The notes under the pieces: generated by a model
Databases searched by the model: none
Told to the model about the DNA's origin: nothing
What the model saw: the letters and a program-made list of their open reading frames with translations, nothing else
Assembly: GCA_963743305.1 (NCBI GenBank)
Contig: CAVUPH010000014.1
Coordinates: 288,001 to 352,000, forward strand
Reading direction: 5' to 3'
Source of the DNA: an uncultured delta proteobacterium
Lineage (GTDB): Bacteria; Desulfobacterota; RBG-13-43-22
DNA length: 64,000 bases
Shown here: positions 32,336-42,074 of the stretch, piece by piece
How the letters are laid out: each line of letters opens with the position of its first letter
How positions within the stretch are numbered: position 1 is the stretch's first letter
Program-made: the position numbers and the translations under genes

Positions 32336-32820
32336 ACCGGTGCCTCCTTGAAAGTCTGGTAGTGATCGACCGTGACTACACGCAGGCCGTCGTTTGAGAA
32401 ATATAAGGCGTTTCGGGCCGCGGTGGCCGCCGTGATAATCAAGATCCGCCTCGCGCCATTTTCGCCGGCCGTTGGGCAGCTTCTTTTCGTAATTGCCGAA
32501 GCGGTCGCCGCCCAGGCTTTTGCCCCGGAGTTCCCTTAAGGCCCACAGGTTTTGGCCCGGCTTCCACCCGGCTGCTCTGGCCTCCTGTTTGGTCACGAAC
32601 TTCGACGGCAGTTGGCGATTGCCGGTCCGGTTCAGAGCTGCGGAGGATATCAACCAACTCGGCCTCGTCGATTTTAGGCTGCAACTTCCCGCTCAGTTCC
32701 TGGACGGCGGATTCACATGAGGCCGCCAGCAGCGATTCCATTGGAAACCAGGCTGCCGAAGAAAACCATCGAAGTCAGAACAATCGCCAAATAAGCATGG
32801 TGCTTGAAGATAAACTTCAT
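32326..32820 (-). CDS. Secreted barnase-like (RNase N1/T1 family) ribonuclease, frameshifted
   Basis: Signal peptide from ATG 32820. LPSKFVTKQEARAAGW, SLGGDRFGNYEKKLP, WREADLDY, RGPKRLIF, then in a shifted frame SNDG...TVDHYQTF. Confidence 0.82.
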
Positions 32821-32827
32821 GGATTTC

Positions 32828-33283
32828 CTACCGTAACCCTACCCTATCCAGGTTGAAACCTTCTTCGAATGGATTTACGAAACGCACGCCTTCTATCACA
32901 GCTCCCACATTGAAATCCTCTGAAAGAATGAGCGGAATCTGGTGTAATCGCGCCGAAGCCCATATCTGGGCATCCCAATAGGCCATTTTGTAGGTGCGAA
33001 CTCCTCGCACCGCCTCCAATATGATCGAGCCGCTCAAATCCAAAATCTCCCAGGACAAAAGGTAGTTCTGGATTCGCTCATAGACCTCTTCCCCGGTCAG
33101 TGGCCTTTCCAACTTACGCGTCGCATTGACGAAAAATTCCGCCAGTACCTGCGGCGTCAGCACCCCCAGACGCAGGGTTGCCAGATGGTCTAAAACCGCA
33201 GCCGCCTGAGATTGCTTTTCCGGTTCACCCTGGTCATAAGCATAAAGCAGGATATTGGTATCCACCAAGATCTTATCGGCCAT
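32828..33283 (-). CDS. vapC: PIN-domain (VapC-like) toxin
   Basis: Motifs ILVDTNILLYA, QVLAEF, YWDAQIWASA and ILSEDF. Confidence 0.9.
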   Translation of the reverse strand: MADKILVDTNILLYAYDQGEPEKQSQAAAVLDHLATLRLGVLTPQVLAEFFVNATRKLERPLTGEEVYERIQNYLLSWEILDLSGSIILEAVRGVRTYKMAYWDAQIWASARLHQIPLILSEDFNVGAVIEGVRFVNPFEEGFNLDRVGLR

Positions 33284-33551
33284 AGCGCGCTAGTCTCTCT
33301 TCGTAGGCTTCTTCCCGCCTGAATTTTCGTCCACCGGGAAGAGGTTTTCCGGCCATTCGTTGAGCTATAAAGGCCTTTTCCCGTTCCCAGGCTGAAAGAT
33401 CTCGAAGACCGGGAACCAGAACCGCCATCTGCCGGTCTATGGCCCGGCGCATAATCTCCGCCTCTGTTATCCCCAACTTTTTCGCCTGCCTTTTAAGGTT
33501 TACATCCTGCAGGGGTTCAATATAAACTTGCTTTCGGATCATCTGTGCCAT
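33273..33551 (-). CDS. Ribbon-helix-helix antitoxin (VapB-like)
   Basis: RKQVYI...LGITEAEIMRRAID RHH pattern. Overlaps the PIN gene. Confidence 0.8.
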   Translation of the reverse strand: MAQMIRKQVYIEPLQDVNLKRQAKKLGITEAEIMRRAIDRQMAVLVPGLRDLSAWEREKAFIAQRMAGKPLPGGRKFRREEAYEERLARYGR

Positions 33552-33587
33552 ATCCGTGCCTCCCTAAAGAGCGACTATATACATTAC

Positions 33588-33617
33588 ATTGTACATCGTA
33601 CCACTTTGGAATGTCAA
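33588..33617 (-). promoter_or_regulatory. sigma70 promoter of the RHH-PIN TA operon
   Basis: TTGACA, 18-bp spacer, TACAAT. Overlapping TACAT direct repeats could be RHH operator sites. Confidence 0.6.
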
Positions 33618-33672
33618 GACGGATATCAAACAGCCAAACGGGCAATCTCAAAAACAACTAGAAAAGAGGCCG

Positions 33673-35157
33673 ATGTTGCACCCTAAAAATATAACCGGGG
33701 GAGAAGAACATCATCCCCGGCACCAAACTCAAAACCCGGTAACGAAAGGCTCTCCCCATAAATGGCTTTCCCTGGCGGCGGTGGGGTTGGGCGTCCTGAT
33801 GGCCACCATAGACATCAGTGTCATCAACGTTTCACTGCCCACACTGGTGCAGGCGCTTCGGACCGATTTCCCCACCATCCAGTGGGTTATCCTCTCTTAT
33901 ATCTTGGTAATCACCTCGACCATGCTGACCATGGCCCGACTGGGCGATATGGTGGGGAAAAAACAGATATATCAGTTGGGCTTGGGCATCTTCACCCTGG
34001 GTTCTTTTTTATGCGCCTTGTCTCCCACCGTCTATTGGCTAATCGGCTTCCGGGCCCTGCAGGGCTGCGGGGCCGTCATGGTCCAATCCCTGGGGATCGC
34101 CCTGGTTACCGAAGCCTTCCCGGCCCAAGAGCGCGGCCGAGCCCTGGGAATCTCCGGCGGGATCGTTTCGGTGGGGCTGGCGCTCGGGCCGCCGATAGGA
34201 GGTCTGATCATCGGGCTGGCCAGTTGGCACTGGATTTTCCTGATCAATATTCCCATCGGTCTCCTGGCCATCGGGGCTACCGGCCTGTTTATTCCTTCCC
34301 ATAAAACAAAAAGGGGAGACCAGCGCTTCGACTTCCTGGGCGGACTGGTCTTGTTGGCTACCATCATCGCTTATGCCCTGGGAATGACCATAGGCCAACA
34401 TCTGGGCTTCAATAATGCCAAGGTTTTATTGCTCCTGTCGGGTGCCGGCCTGGGACTCGGGCTGTTCGTTCGCGTGGAAAAAAAATCGCCCCAGCCTATG
34501 CTGAATCCGCAGCTCTTTAAAAACACCCTGTTTTCCATCAACCTGCTCATGGGCTGGCTGGTATTTATCGTGCTGGGCGGAACGTTTACCCTGCCCTTCT
34601 ATCTGGAGCTGGTCAAAGGCTATCCCACCGAGAAAGTCGGCCTGTTGATGATGGTCGTACCGATATCCATGGGGCTGATTTCCATTATCGCCGGGGCCTT
34701 GTCCGATCGGTTCGGTCCCCGGGGGATCAGTCTGTTAGGCCTCATGCTGCTGGTCCTCGGCTGCCTGTCCATTAGCGACCTGAAAGTCGAAACCACCGCC
34801 CTGGGCTATATCTTCCACCTGCTGCCGCTCGGGTTGGGCCTGGGACTTTTTCTGGCTCCCAACAACAGCGCGGTCATGGGCGGGGCACCCAAAGAACACT
34901 TGGGTGTGGCCTCGGGACTGCTGGCCCTTTCCCGGACCATGGGACACACCACCGGGATTCCTCTGGCCGGTGTGCTCTTCACCACCGGGATGATGGCTTC
35001 CGGCCGGGTCCGATCAGCCGCCGACCTTTCCCTGGCCCCGCCGCAGGACCTGGTAAATGGTCTGGCAGCCACCTTTCACACCACCGCCCTGATGATCGCT
35101 ACCGCAACTGCTCTGGCCGCCCTGGCCCTATGGCTGGACCGCCGCCGGCCAACCTGA
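33673..35157 (+). CDS. DHA2-family (EmrB/QacA-like) MFS transporter
   Basis: Motifs MATIDISVINVSLP, RLGDMVGKK, FRALQG, GPPIGG and WIFLINIPIG; about 14 TM segments. Confidence 0.9.
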   Translation: MLHPKNITGGEEHHPRHQTQNPVTKGSPHKWLSLAAVGLGVLMATIDISVINVSLPTLVQALRTDFPTIQWVILSYILVITSTMLTMARLGDMVGKKQIYQLGLGIFTLGSFLCALSPTVYWLIGFRALQGCGAVMVQSLGIALVTEAFPAQERGRALGISGGIVSVGLALGPPIGGLIIGLASWHWIFLINIPIGLLAIGATGLFIPSHKTKRGDQRFDFLGGLVLLATIIAYALGMTIGQHLGFNNAKVLLLLSGAGLGLGLFVRVEKKSPQPMLNPQLFKNTLFSINLLMGWLVFIVLGGTFTLPFYLELVKGYPTEKVGLLMMVVPISMGLISIIAGALSDRFGPRGISLLGLMLLVLGCLSISDLKVETTALGYIFHLLPLGLGLGLFLAPNNSAVMGGAPKEHLGVASGLLALSRTMGHTTGIPLAGVLFTTGMMASGRVRSAADLSLAPPQDLVNGLAATFHTTALMIATATALAALALWLDRRRPT

Positions 35158-35216
35158 AGAATTTCTACCGTCAAGTTTGAAGACCGTTCCCCTCGATCCG
35201 TTCCTTCAGGAAAGGC

Positions 35217-37922
35217 TCAGGCCGCCCGGCCTATCGCTTCCAGGTCGATAAATTGGGCGGCCGTCAAACCCCGGTATCTTTCCGGGTGACAGGTGATGAT
35301 CAGGATCTGGAGGCGCTGGGCGGACTCTTCCAAAACATCCAGTACCCGGGCCATGCGGGCGGCGTCGGTAAAGGTCAGCACGTCATCCAGGACCACCAGT
35401 TGGCGTTCCGTGGAGGCCAGCAGTTCGGCCAGGGCCAGCCGGGTGGCCAGATAAATCTGCTCCCGTTCTCCGCCGGAAACCTGGTCCAGGGGAACGCCGG
35501 CTCCGGCCGGATCCGGAATCACCTCCGGGGTATTCAACCCCGCGTTTAATTTAAGCGGACCGGGTCTTCTTCCGGCTATGCGCTGCAGAAGATAATTGGC
35601 TTTCTTCTCCACCGGGGCCATGAGCCCCGCGGTCATCTCCGCCCGGCATCCTTTCAGGGTCTCGAAAAGCAGACGGACGGCATTGACCTGCAGGGTTTCG
35701 GCCGCCAGCTCCCGCTCCAGTTCGGCCGTCTCCTCTTCGGCCCGACTCAGTTGGGTGTAGGCCCCCTGGCCCCCCAATTGGCGCAGCGCTCCCTCAGTAA
35801 CTTTTTCATCCGCCAGCGCCCGGCGGGAGGTATCCCAGGCAGCCTCGAGTCGCTTCTGTAAACGCTCCAGCGTTGCCAAGGGATCTTCGTCGTACCCGGC
35901 CAGTTTCTTTTCCGCTTCCTGAAGCCCGGCCCTGGCCCCCTCAAATTCCAGGCCCGACCGGGCCAGCTCTTCGGCCAGGGACTTTTCATCGCCGACCTCT
36001 TTCAAGCGGTTGACCAGCTTGGCTTCCAGGGATTGAACCAGGTTCTGATTCCGGACCAGCTCCCCTTCCAGGTGGGATATCCGGCTGGCGGCCCCGGAAA
36101 GACTGATCTGGGCTTTCTCCCACTCCCCTTCCGCCTTTTCCACTTCCCGGACAAATTGCTCCTTGATGGTCCGGAATTCTCGCTGCAGCCGGTCACTTTC
36201 CGGAAGATTGTTCTCCCATTCCGGATACTTGTTCAAAAGGGTGGCCATCCGGCTTTCCAGAAGGGCCCGCCGCCCTTGAAGGGACTCGGGGGCTTCCCCG
36301 GCCAGCAGGGTTTCCAGGCGGGTCCGGTGTTCACCTATCCGGGCTTCCAGTTCCCGGGCCTGTTCTTCCCGCCGTTCCAGTTCCTCCAGCGGAACGGAAC
36401 CATAGAGTTCGGTCAGCTTTCTGATTTTCTCCTCGGCCCGTTCCGAGTTTTTCCTCAGCTCTCCAATGGAACCGGCCGGTCCCCTGGCCCGGATCCGGGC
36501 GATCCCCGGCAAGTTGACGGCGACTTCCGGGGAGCCCTTGATCCGGATCGGGACCCCGGGGTTCAAGGGTACCGGACCGGTCTGTTCCCCGGCAAGCACC
36601 TCGGCGGAGCCCGCTGCTTCCGGGACGATTTCCAGGGTGATCAGGGCATTTTCCAACCGCAACCGCGCCTCGTTTTTTTCGGAGATGGCTTTCCGCAGGA
36701 CCGTCAATTCCCGGGAGGACGGGGCGACCAGACGGCTTCTTTCTTCCTGGATGGAAAGCAGCGCTTTTTGAGTTTCCTGGATTTTGCCGAGGCGCCGGGT
36801 CAATTCGCCGGACTGATTTTTTTGAACCAGAAAGGCGGCCGCGTCATCGGCCGCTTCCTGGGCCAGATCCACTTTCTTCCGGCCCAGGCGCGCATCCTCC
36901 AGGGCCGCCTTAGCCCCATTGGCGGCCCGCTGCAGTTCTTCCACTTCTCGTTTCTGCAGAGGAAGGTCCCGGCTGCTTTTTTCCAGGTTAGTCCGGGCCG
37001 TCTGAAGTTCCTCCCGGGTGGACCGGATGCCTTCCTCCTGCTGTTTCCAACGCCGGTAACGGGCCTCCAGGGCCTGGAGCCGGGCCTCTCTTTCTTTTTT
37101 CTCCGACAGCAATTCCCGGTAGGCCTCGGTCCTGGCCTGCTGGGTCGCCAGGACCCTCTGGATCTCTTCGGCTTCATGACGAGCCTGGCTGCTTTTGAGC
37201 TGGAAATCCCGGACCTTTCGGGAAAGATCGTCATACTCCTCAAGCCTTCTCAAGGCCTCGGCCCGCTTTTCCACGGCCTTTTGCAAGGCCTCTTTCAGTT
37301 GGACCAATCGGGGGGCGTTTTTGCCGGAAAGGAGCTTGCCGCCCGGCGTGAAAAACTGGGCATAGCGTGCTTCGATCAACTTTTCCACCGGCCCGGCGCC
37401 TTCGACCTGGGCACCCAGCGACGTGCGGATATCCGCCAGGACTTCTCCCGACAGGGCCACCAGGGACAGGTCCCCCTGGGGGGCCCACAAGACCTGAGCC
37501 AGTCCCCAGTGTTCCGCCCTGGCCAGGCCTTTCACCGGCGCATTCCGGGTCAGGACGGCCCGGACCCGTTCGTCGGCCGACGGACCTTCGGCCAGGGGAA
37601 TCAAGCGTCCGTTTTCTTCCCGTTCGAGTTTGGAAAAGGGCTGGTCCAGGAACCGCTTGGTGATCCGAAAGGTCGCTCCCTGATGCTCGAAAAGAACCTG
37701 CACCGTAGGGGCCAGTTCCCTTCCCCAAGGCTTGATGGCTTCAATGTCTTTTCCTCCAACCTTATGATTATCGAGCAGCGCCCGGCGGAGGGCCTCAAAA
37801 AGGGTGGTTTTTCCGCAGGCATTGGGGGCAAAGAGGATGTTCAGCTTCTCATCAAAGGGTCCGACCACCATGGGGTCCAGGAAGCAACGCCACCCTTGTA
37901 CCATTATAGACCTAAGGATCAT
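35217..37922 (-). CDS. Rad50/SbcC-like (YhaN-type) coiled-coil ABC ATPase
   Basis: Walker A APNACGKTT, long coiled coil, signature VSGGEREQ, Walker B VVLDD and TCH. Confidence 0.85.
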   Translation of the reverse strand: MILRSIMVQGWRCFLDPMVVGPFDEKLNILFAPNACGKTTLFEALRRALLDNHKVGGKDIEAIKPWGRELAPTVQVLFEHQGATFRITKRFLDQPFSKLEREENGRLIPLAEGPSADERVRAVLTRNAPVKGLARAEHWGLAQVLWAPQGDLSLVALSGEVLADIRTSLGAQVEGAGPVEKLIEARYAQFFTPGGKLLSGKNAPRLVQLKEALQKAVEKRAEALRRLEEYDDLSRKVRDFQLKSSQARHEAEEIQRVLATQQARTEAYRELLSEKKEREARLQALEARYRRWKQQEEGIRSTREELQTARTNLEKSSRDLPLQKREVEELQRAANGAKAALEDARLGRKKVDLAQEAADDAAAFLVQKNQSGELTRRLGKIQETQKALLSIQEERSRLVAPSSRELTVLRKAISEKNEARLRLENALITLEIVPEAAGSAEVLAGEQTGPVPLNPGVPIRIKGSPEVAVNLPGIARIRARGPAGSIGELRKNSERAEEKIRKLTELYGSVPLEELERREEQARELEARIGEHRTRLETLLAGEAPESLQGRRALLESRMATLLNKYPEWENNLPESDRLQREFRTIKEQFVREVEKAEGEWEKAQISLSGAASRISHLEGELVRNQNLVQSLEAKLVNRLKEVGDEKSLAEELARSGLEFEGARAGLQEAEKKLAGYDEDPLATLERLQKRLEAAWDTSRRALADEKVTEGALRQLGGQGAYTQLSRAEEETAELERELAAETLQVNAVRLLFETLKGCRAEMTAGLMAPVEKKANYLLQRIAGRRPGPLKLNAGLNTPEVIPDPAGAGVPLDQVSGGEREQIYLATRLALAELLASTERQLVVLDDVLTFTDAARMARVLDVLEESAQRLQILIITCHPERYRGLTAAQFIDLEAIGRAA

Positions 37923-39046
37923 CAGGCCCCCCCCTTCGAGAGGAGAAAAAGCTCCATCAAGGCCTGGGCGGCGGTCTCCGGGGAGGCCCCCTCCGGACGG
38001 GGTCCGGGGAATCCGGGATCGGAAAGCTGACGTATTCGGGAAGCGGTTTCCCGGAGGATGCCGGGAGGAAGAGCGGCTATCCAGGTCTCGTCTTCGGGAG
38101 AGGGTTGCAGCCGGGAGAGGTCCACGTCCCGGTAGAGAAAGCGGGCGTTGATGATCTCTTGGAGGTGAACGAGTTCTCCCTGTTCTTCGGCCCGGATAAA
38201 TCCGGATACCTTCAGGGCCAGCAAGGTGTTTTCCGGCCGGGGCCAGGACTCGATCTTCTCTTTGAGCCGATTCAAGTCGCCCTCTTTCCGGAGGTCGGCC
38301 TCCAGCACCTCCCAGGCCAACCCGCCGACGGTCATCGGGGTAATCCGGGGGGGTGACTTCGGGGCGTCGATCTCCACGATCAGGATCTTCCCGCTGTCCC
38401 GCTCCCCGAAACGGGAAGGTTCGGGCGTGCCGGGATAGGCCGTGCGGGTGTCCCCCTGGCCCTCCGGGAAAAGGGCCAGGGAATGCCAGTGGCCCAGGGC
38501 CAGGTAATCCAATCCCGCCCGGGAGGCCGCATCCCGGGGAATGGGGAGTTCCAGGTCGTCCCCGCCGACCCCTTCAAAGGAGCCGTGGGCCAGGCCGACG
38601 CGGATTTCGGAGGTGGTTTCCAGGGGTATCCAGGAGGTAAGGTCTTTCCGGGAAAATTTTTCCCGGACCGGGCAGGGGTACAGCCGGCCCCCGGGCAGGG
38701 GTACCGGCTTTTCCTCGGAGAGTATTTGAATGTTGGGCTTGGAACTCCAGGAGGGGTGCTCCCAGACGGCTCCGGGAACCAGGGGATCATGGTTTCCGGG
38801 GATCAGATAAACCGGGAGATCGATACCGCCCAGCAGGTCGGCCGTCTGCTGGATCAGGACCCGCTCCACCGCGTTGTCCTCGAAGGTGTCGCCGGCCAGG
38901 AGGATGAAATCCACGTGTTGATCCCGCGCCAAGCGGACAATCCGCTCCGCCGTTTTGAGCCGTTCGGCGCGGACCCGCTCCCCGGCCCCGCCCACCTGGA
39001 CGGCCTTCATGCCCAATTGCCAGTCTGCGGTATGGAGAAATTTCAT
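37922..39046 (-). CDS. Mre11/SbcD-like (YhaO-type) metallophosphoesterase nuclease
   Basis: Motifs FLHTADWQLG, LAGDTFE, PGNHD, AHGS, DYLALGHWHS and YPGTPEP. Translationally coupled to the ATPase. Confidence 0.9.
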   Translation of the reverse strand: MKFLHTADWQLGMKAVQVGGAGERVRAERLKTAERIVRLARDQHVDFILLAGDTFEDNAVERVLIQQTADLLGGIDLPVYLIPGNHDPLVPGAVWEHPSWSSKPNIQILSEEKPVPLPGGRLYPCPVREKFSRKDLTSWIPLETTSEIRVGLAHGSFEGVGGDDLELPIPRDAASRAGLDYLALGHWHSLALFPEGQGDTRTAYPGTPEPSRFGERDSGKILIVEIDAPKSPPRITPMTVGGLAWEVLEADLRKEGDLNRLKEKIESWPRPENTLLALKVSGFIRAEEQGELVHLQEIINARFLYRDVDLSRLQPSPEDETWIAALPPGILRETASRIRQLSDPGFPGPRPEGASPETAAQALMELFLLSKGGA

Positions 39047-39108
39047 AAGAAATATCTTTTATCCCGTTGGGTACGTTTCGCTTTTCCTCATTCTCCTTGA
39101 CCGTAAAA

Positions 39109-40494
39109 TCATCCTCTGCCGCTTTTCAAAACTTCGCGCGCCGCCATGACTCCTGAAATCGAAGCCTGGATCAACCCGCGGGTTACTCCCGCACCGTCCC
39201 CGACGGCGAATAGATTCCTGACTTCCGTTTCCAGGCCGGGGGTGAGCTTAAGCTTCATGGAGTAGAACTTGACTTCTACACCGTAAAGAAGCGTATCGCC
39301 GGAGTTTACTCCGGGGGCCACGTTATCGAGCGCTTCGAGCATCTCCATCAGGTTGCTGAGATGCCGGTAGGGCAGCACGAAGCTCAGGTCTCCCGGGGTG
39401 GCGTCTTCCAGGGTGGGACGCACCGAGCCTTCGGCTATTCTCTCCGGCGTGGAACGTCGGCCCATCTTCAGATCGCCGAGCCGTTGGACAATGACGCCGC
39501 CGCCCAGCAGGTTGGCCAGGCCGGCGATGTACTTCCCATAGGATATCGGATCATTAAAGGGCCTGGTGAAATCGGTGCTCACCAGGAGTGCGAAGTTCGT
39601 ATTTTCCGTCTTCTTGTTTTTGAAGCTGTGCCCGTTGACGCTGAAGATGCCTTCGCTATTTTCCTTGACCACCTCGCCATAGGGATTCATGCAGAACGTT
39701 CTGACTTTGTCGTGAAATCTTCTTGAGAAATAGATGAACTTCCCCTCATAAGCCACATCCGTTATATCTTTCATTATCGCTGCCGGAAGTTCGACCCGGA
39801 CCCCGATATCCACCGGGTTCTTCTGGACCGAAAGATCCAACCGTTTGGCTTCTCCGGAAAGCCAGCTCGACCCTTCCCGGCCAACAGCGGTGATAACAAA
39901 CCGGGACTCAAAGGTCCGCCCGTCTCCCGTCCTGACCCCGGAAGCAAAGCCCTGGGTAGTCTGGATCTGCTCTACCGGCGAATCAAAGATTAGGTCAACC
40001 TTACCGTCCAGCGCGTCCCGAATCTTGCGCAGCACCTCTCCGCAGACCTCAGTGCCAATATGCCGGATCAATGCCGGAATGAGCTCCAGGTTATACCCGG
40101 CGGCTTTCTTCTTCAGACGGTCCAGGGCGTCCTTATTCCGGCCGTGGATTTCTCCTCCGGCCCCGAAAAAGCAGTAAATCGAATCCACATACTCGATCAG
40201 GACGGCCAGGTCTTCTTCGGTAACGTACTCTTTAAGCCATCCCCCGAATTCCGAGGTCAGGGTAAGTTTCCCGTCGCTATAGGCCCCGGCCCCTCCCCAG
40301 CCGCAGAGGATGCTGCAGAGGTCGCACTGGACACAGGGAATGGACGTCTCGGCCATGGGACAACTTCTGGCCTGGATGTCGCTGCCCTTCTCGATCATCA
40401 GGATTTTCAAGCGGGGATTCTTGATGAGTTCCAGGGCGGCGAATATCCCCGCCGGACCGGTACCGATAATGATCACGTCATAAGAGGGTGCCAT
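39109..40494 (-). CDS. Uncharacterised FAD-dependent oxidoreductase
   Basis: Rossmann motif IIGTGPAG; CVQCDLC; GGAGAYSDGKL, RTFCMNP and GDGAGVTRGL. Confidence 0.85.
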   Translation of the reverse strand: MAPSYDVIIIGTGPAGIFAALELIKNPRLKILMIEKGSDIQARSCPMAETSIPCVQCDLCSILCGWGGAGAYSDGKLTLTSEFGGWLKEYVTEEDLAVLIEYVDSIYCFFGAGGEIHGRNKDALDRLKKKAAGYNLELIPALIRHIGTEVCGEVLRKIRDALDGKVDLIFDSPVEQIQTTQGFASGVRTGDGRTFESRFVITAVGREGSSWLSGEAKRLDLSVQKNPVDIGVRVELPAAIMKDITDVAYEGKFIYFSRRFHDKVRTFCMNPYGEVVKENSEGIFSVNGHSFKNKKTENTNFALLVSTDFTRPFNDPISYGKYIAGLANLLGGGVIVQRLGDLKMGRRSTPERIAEGSVRPTLEDATPGDLSFVLPYRHLSNLMEMLEALDNVAPGVNSGDTLLYGVEVKFYSMKLKLTPGLETEVRNLFAVGDGAGVTRGLIQASISGVMAAREVLKSGRG

Positions 40495-40573
40495 AGTTAA
40501 TCACCAACCCCAAAGGGTGTGCCTTCATAAATCATCAATGCCCTTCCTCTATTTCTCGCTGTTGGATGACCCC

Positions 40574-41014
40574 TCAACATTGTAGACGCCGCTTCTGCCC
40601 ACAGGAAAGGCATTGCGGTTTATGGACGCATAAGAGTTCACCGCACTTTGGACAGGTCCACCTTTCCTTTTCGTCCCTAATGAATTGCCTCAGGCCGAAT
40701 TTCCTGATGTTCTCCAGGTTGCCAATCACGCTCAGTCCATACCTGATTCTATAACGCTTATCCAAATGGTTCAGGTTATCACAAGGAAATGAGCCGCAAC
40801 GGAAGCAGTAATTGCCTTCGACTTTCCCTAAATCTCCGCAGTTCTTGATACGGCACGAAACGCAGGCCTGCGATTTGAAACTGTCGTCGCCTCGGCAACC
40901 GGGACAGGGCTTTCTATCCCTGATAAAGGCCCGACAGAGGCGGCAGTTCATTCCGCAGGGAGCAATCAGCCCCGTACGAATCGTATGGGTTTTGGTCGAC
41001 CGTACCGACAGCAT
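40574..41014 (-). CDS. DUF3795-family Cys-rich protein (putative gene cassette)
   Basis: Motifs IAPCGMNCRLC, CPGC, CRIKNC, CFRCGSFPC, CPKCG and CLSC. Bounded by GTTGGGC upstream and ATCCAAC downstream. Confidence 0.8.
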   Translation of the reverse strand: MLSVRSTKTHTIRTGLIAPCGMNCRLCRAFIRDRKPCPGCRGDDSFKSQACVSCRIKNCGDLGKVEGNYCFRCGSFPCDNLNHLDKRYRIRYGLSVIGNLENIRKFGLRQFIRDEKERWTCPKCGELLCVHKPQCLSCGQKRRLQC

Positions 41015-41057
41015 ATAGGTATTCCCGCAAACGCTTGCCTTGTTTCCCTGCTTTGGT

Positions 41058-41112
41058 GCCCAACGCAAAATCAGCCGACGGCAAGGAACCGGCTGGAATG
41101 AACGGGTGAACT
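41058..41112 (-). mobile_element. Degenerate integron attC site
   Basis: Minus strand reads GTTCACC-CGTTCATTCCAGCCG-GTTCCTTGCCGT-CGGCTGATTTTGC-GTTGGGC: L''/L' stem with an extra base and intact R' GTTRRRY. R'' is eroded. Confidence 0.6.
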
Positions 41113-41114
41113 GC

Positions 41115-41972
41115 TTATTGGGTCAGTGAGGGTTGTATGGCCAGCGCGGAGGCTTCCGCGCTGCAATCGCGCGCAGGTTTCAAGCCCTTTCCCCGGACGT
41201 CAGCGAGTTCGGCTTTGGCGGCCTCCAGATCGGCGCGGAACGCCGGCTCGGCGTGCAGTCGAGCCACGGTGGCCGCGGCCATTAAACGGCCCTGAATCAC
41301 GTCGCTATGCCAATGCACGTTACAGACATTACGGCTCTCTCCAAAGGCTCGACCCCGCAACAGGATAGCATCGGTCTGCTCCGGCGAAATCTCGGAAAGG
41401 ACCAGCGCCCAACCCCAACCGATGGCGGTATGCCCGGACGGATAAGAACCATCTTTTCTCAGATGTGCTTCCTCAGCCGGAGTGCAGATGGGCTCCTTGT
41501 TCACTTGAAAAGGGCGCGTGCGCTGGTAATGATTCTTGGCAGCATAGGTAGAAAGGCCCACATCAGTCAACGTTCGGCGCAGCAGCAAGTACAAATGCGG
41601 CGTTTCTTCTTCGGTGATCGGGGCCTGCAAGGCGCAGGAAAATGTGCCGGCCGCGTTCGGAAAGGACAGATCGGCGTCGGAAACAGCCAGCGACCAGCGC
41701 GCCGTGCCTCGTAAAGTGAAACTTCTCCGGCTGATGTCCTCATCGAGCGCGAAGGCGGCCGAACCTGCCGCAGGGGGAGGCGGAACCAAGACCTGACTGT
41801 TCGGGAGCGCTTGGGACTTTAGATAGCCCGCGAGAATTCCCGGACGAACCTCGGGCACGGCGGCAGACTGGTTCCGGATTTCGTGCCCGGCACAACCGAC
41901 CAGGATCGCAACGATCATCAGTGCCGGCAAAAGCCTGCGCCATCCATCCTTGTTAGTAATATTCACGATCAT
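41115..41972 (-). CDS. phoC: Class A non-specific acid phosphatase (PAP2; PhoC/PhoN type) lipoprotein
   Basis: Lipobox ILVGC. Catalytic motifs KNHYQRTRP, SYPSGH and SRNVCNVHWHSD. Confidence 0.9.
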   Translation of the reverse strand: MIVNITNKDGWRRLLPALMIVAILVGCAGHEIRNQSAAVPEVRPGILAGYLKSQALPNSQVLVPPPPAAGSAAFALDEDISRRSFTLRGTARWSLAVSDADLSFPNAAGTFSCALQAPITEEETPHLYLLLRRTLTDVGLSTYAAKNHYQRTRPFQVNKEPICTPAEEAHLRKDGSYPSGHTAIGWGWALVLSEISPEQTDAILLRGRAFGESRNVCNVHWHSDVIQGRLMAAATVARLHAEPAFRADLEAAKAELADVRGKGLKPARDCSAEASALAIQPSLTQ

Positions 41973-42074
41973 ATAATTTCCTTTCGTCCCCTTAATATCC
42001 CCGTCGCATGCCGCGGGGTCATAGTGCTTCCGGCTTTGAGGAGAACCCCCCATTGAGCGCAGGTAGCCCTCTAT

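Noticed and set aside
32039-32653. Apparent barnase-barstar fusion protein in the ORF track
   Set aside because: Produced by an indel near 32395. The RNase C-terminus (TVDHYQTF...CR*) and a separate barstar ATG with AAGGAGG RBS are present in their own frames.
36033-38030. 665-aa plus-strand ORF and other long antisense ORFs (15373-16386, 17662-18753, 24079-25080, 49619-50545, 56520-57842)
   Set aside because: Shadow frames opposite well-supported genes in GC-rich DNA, with no motifs or RBS.
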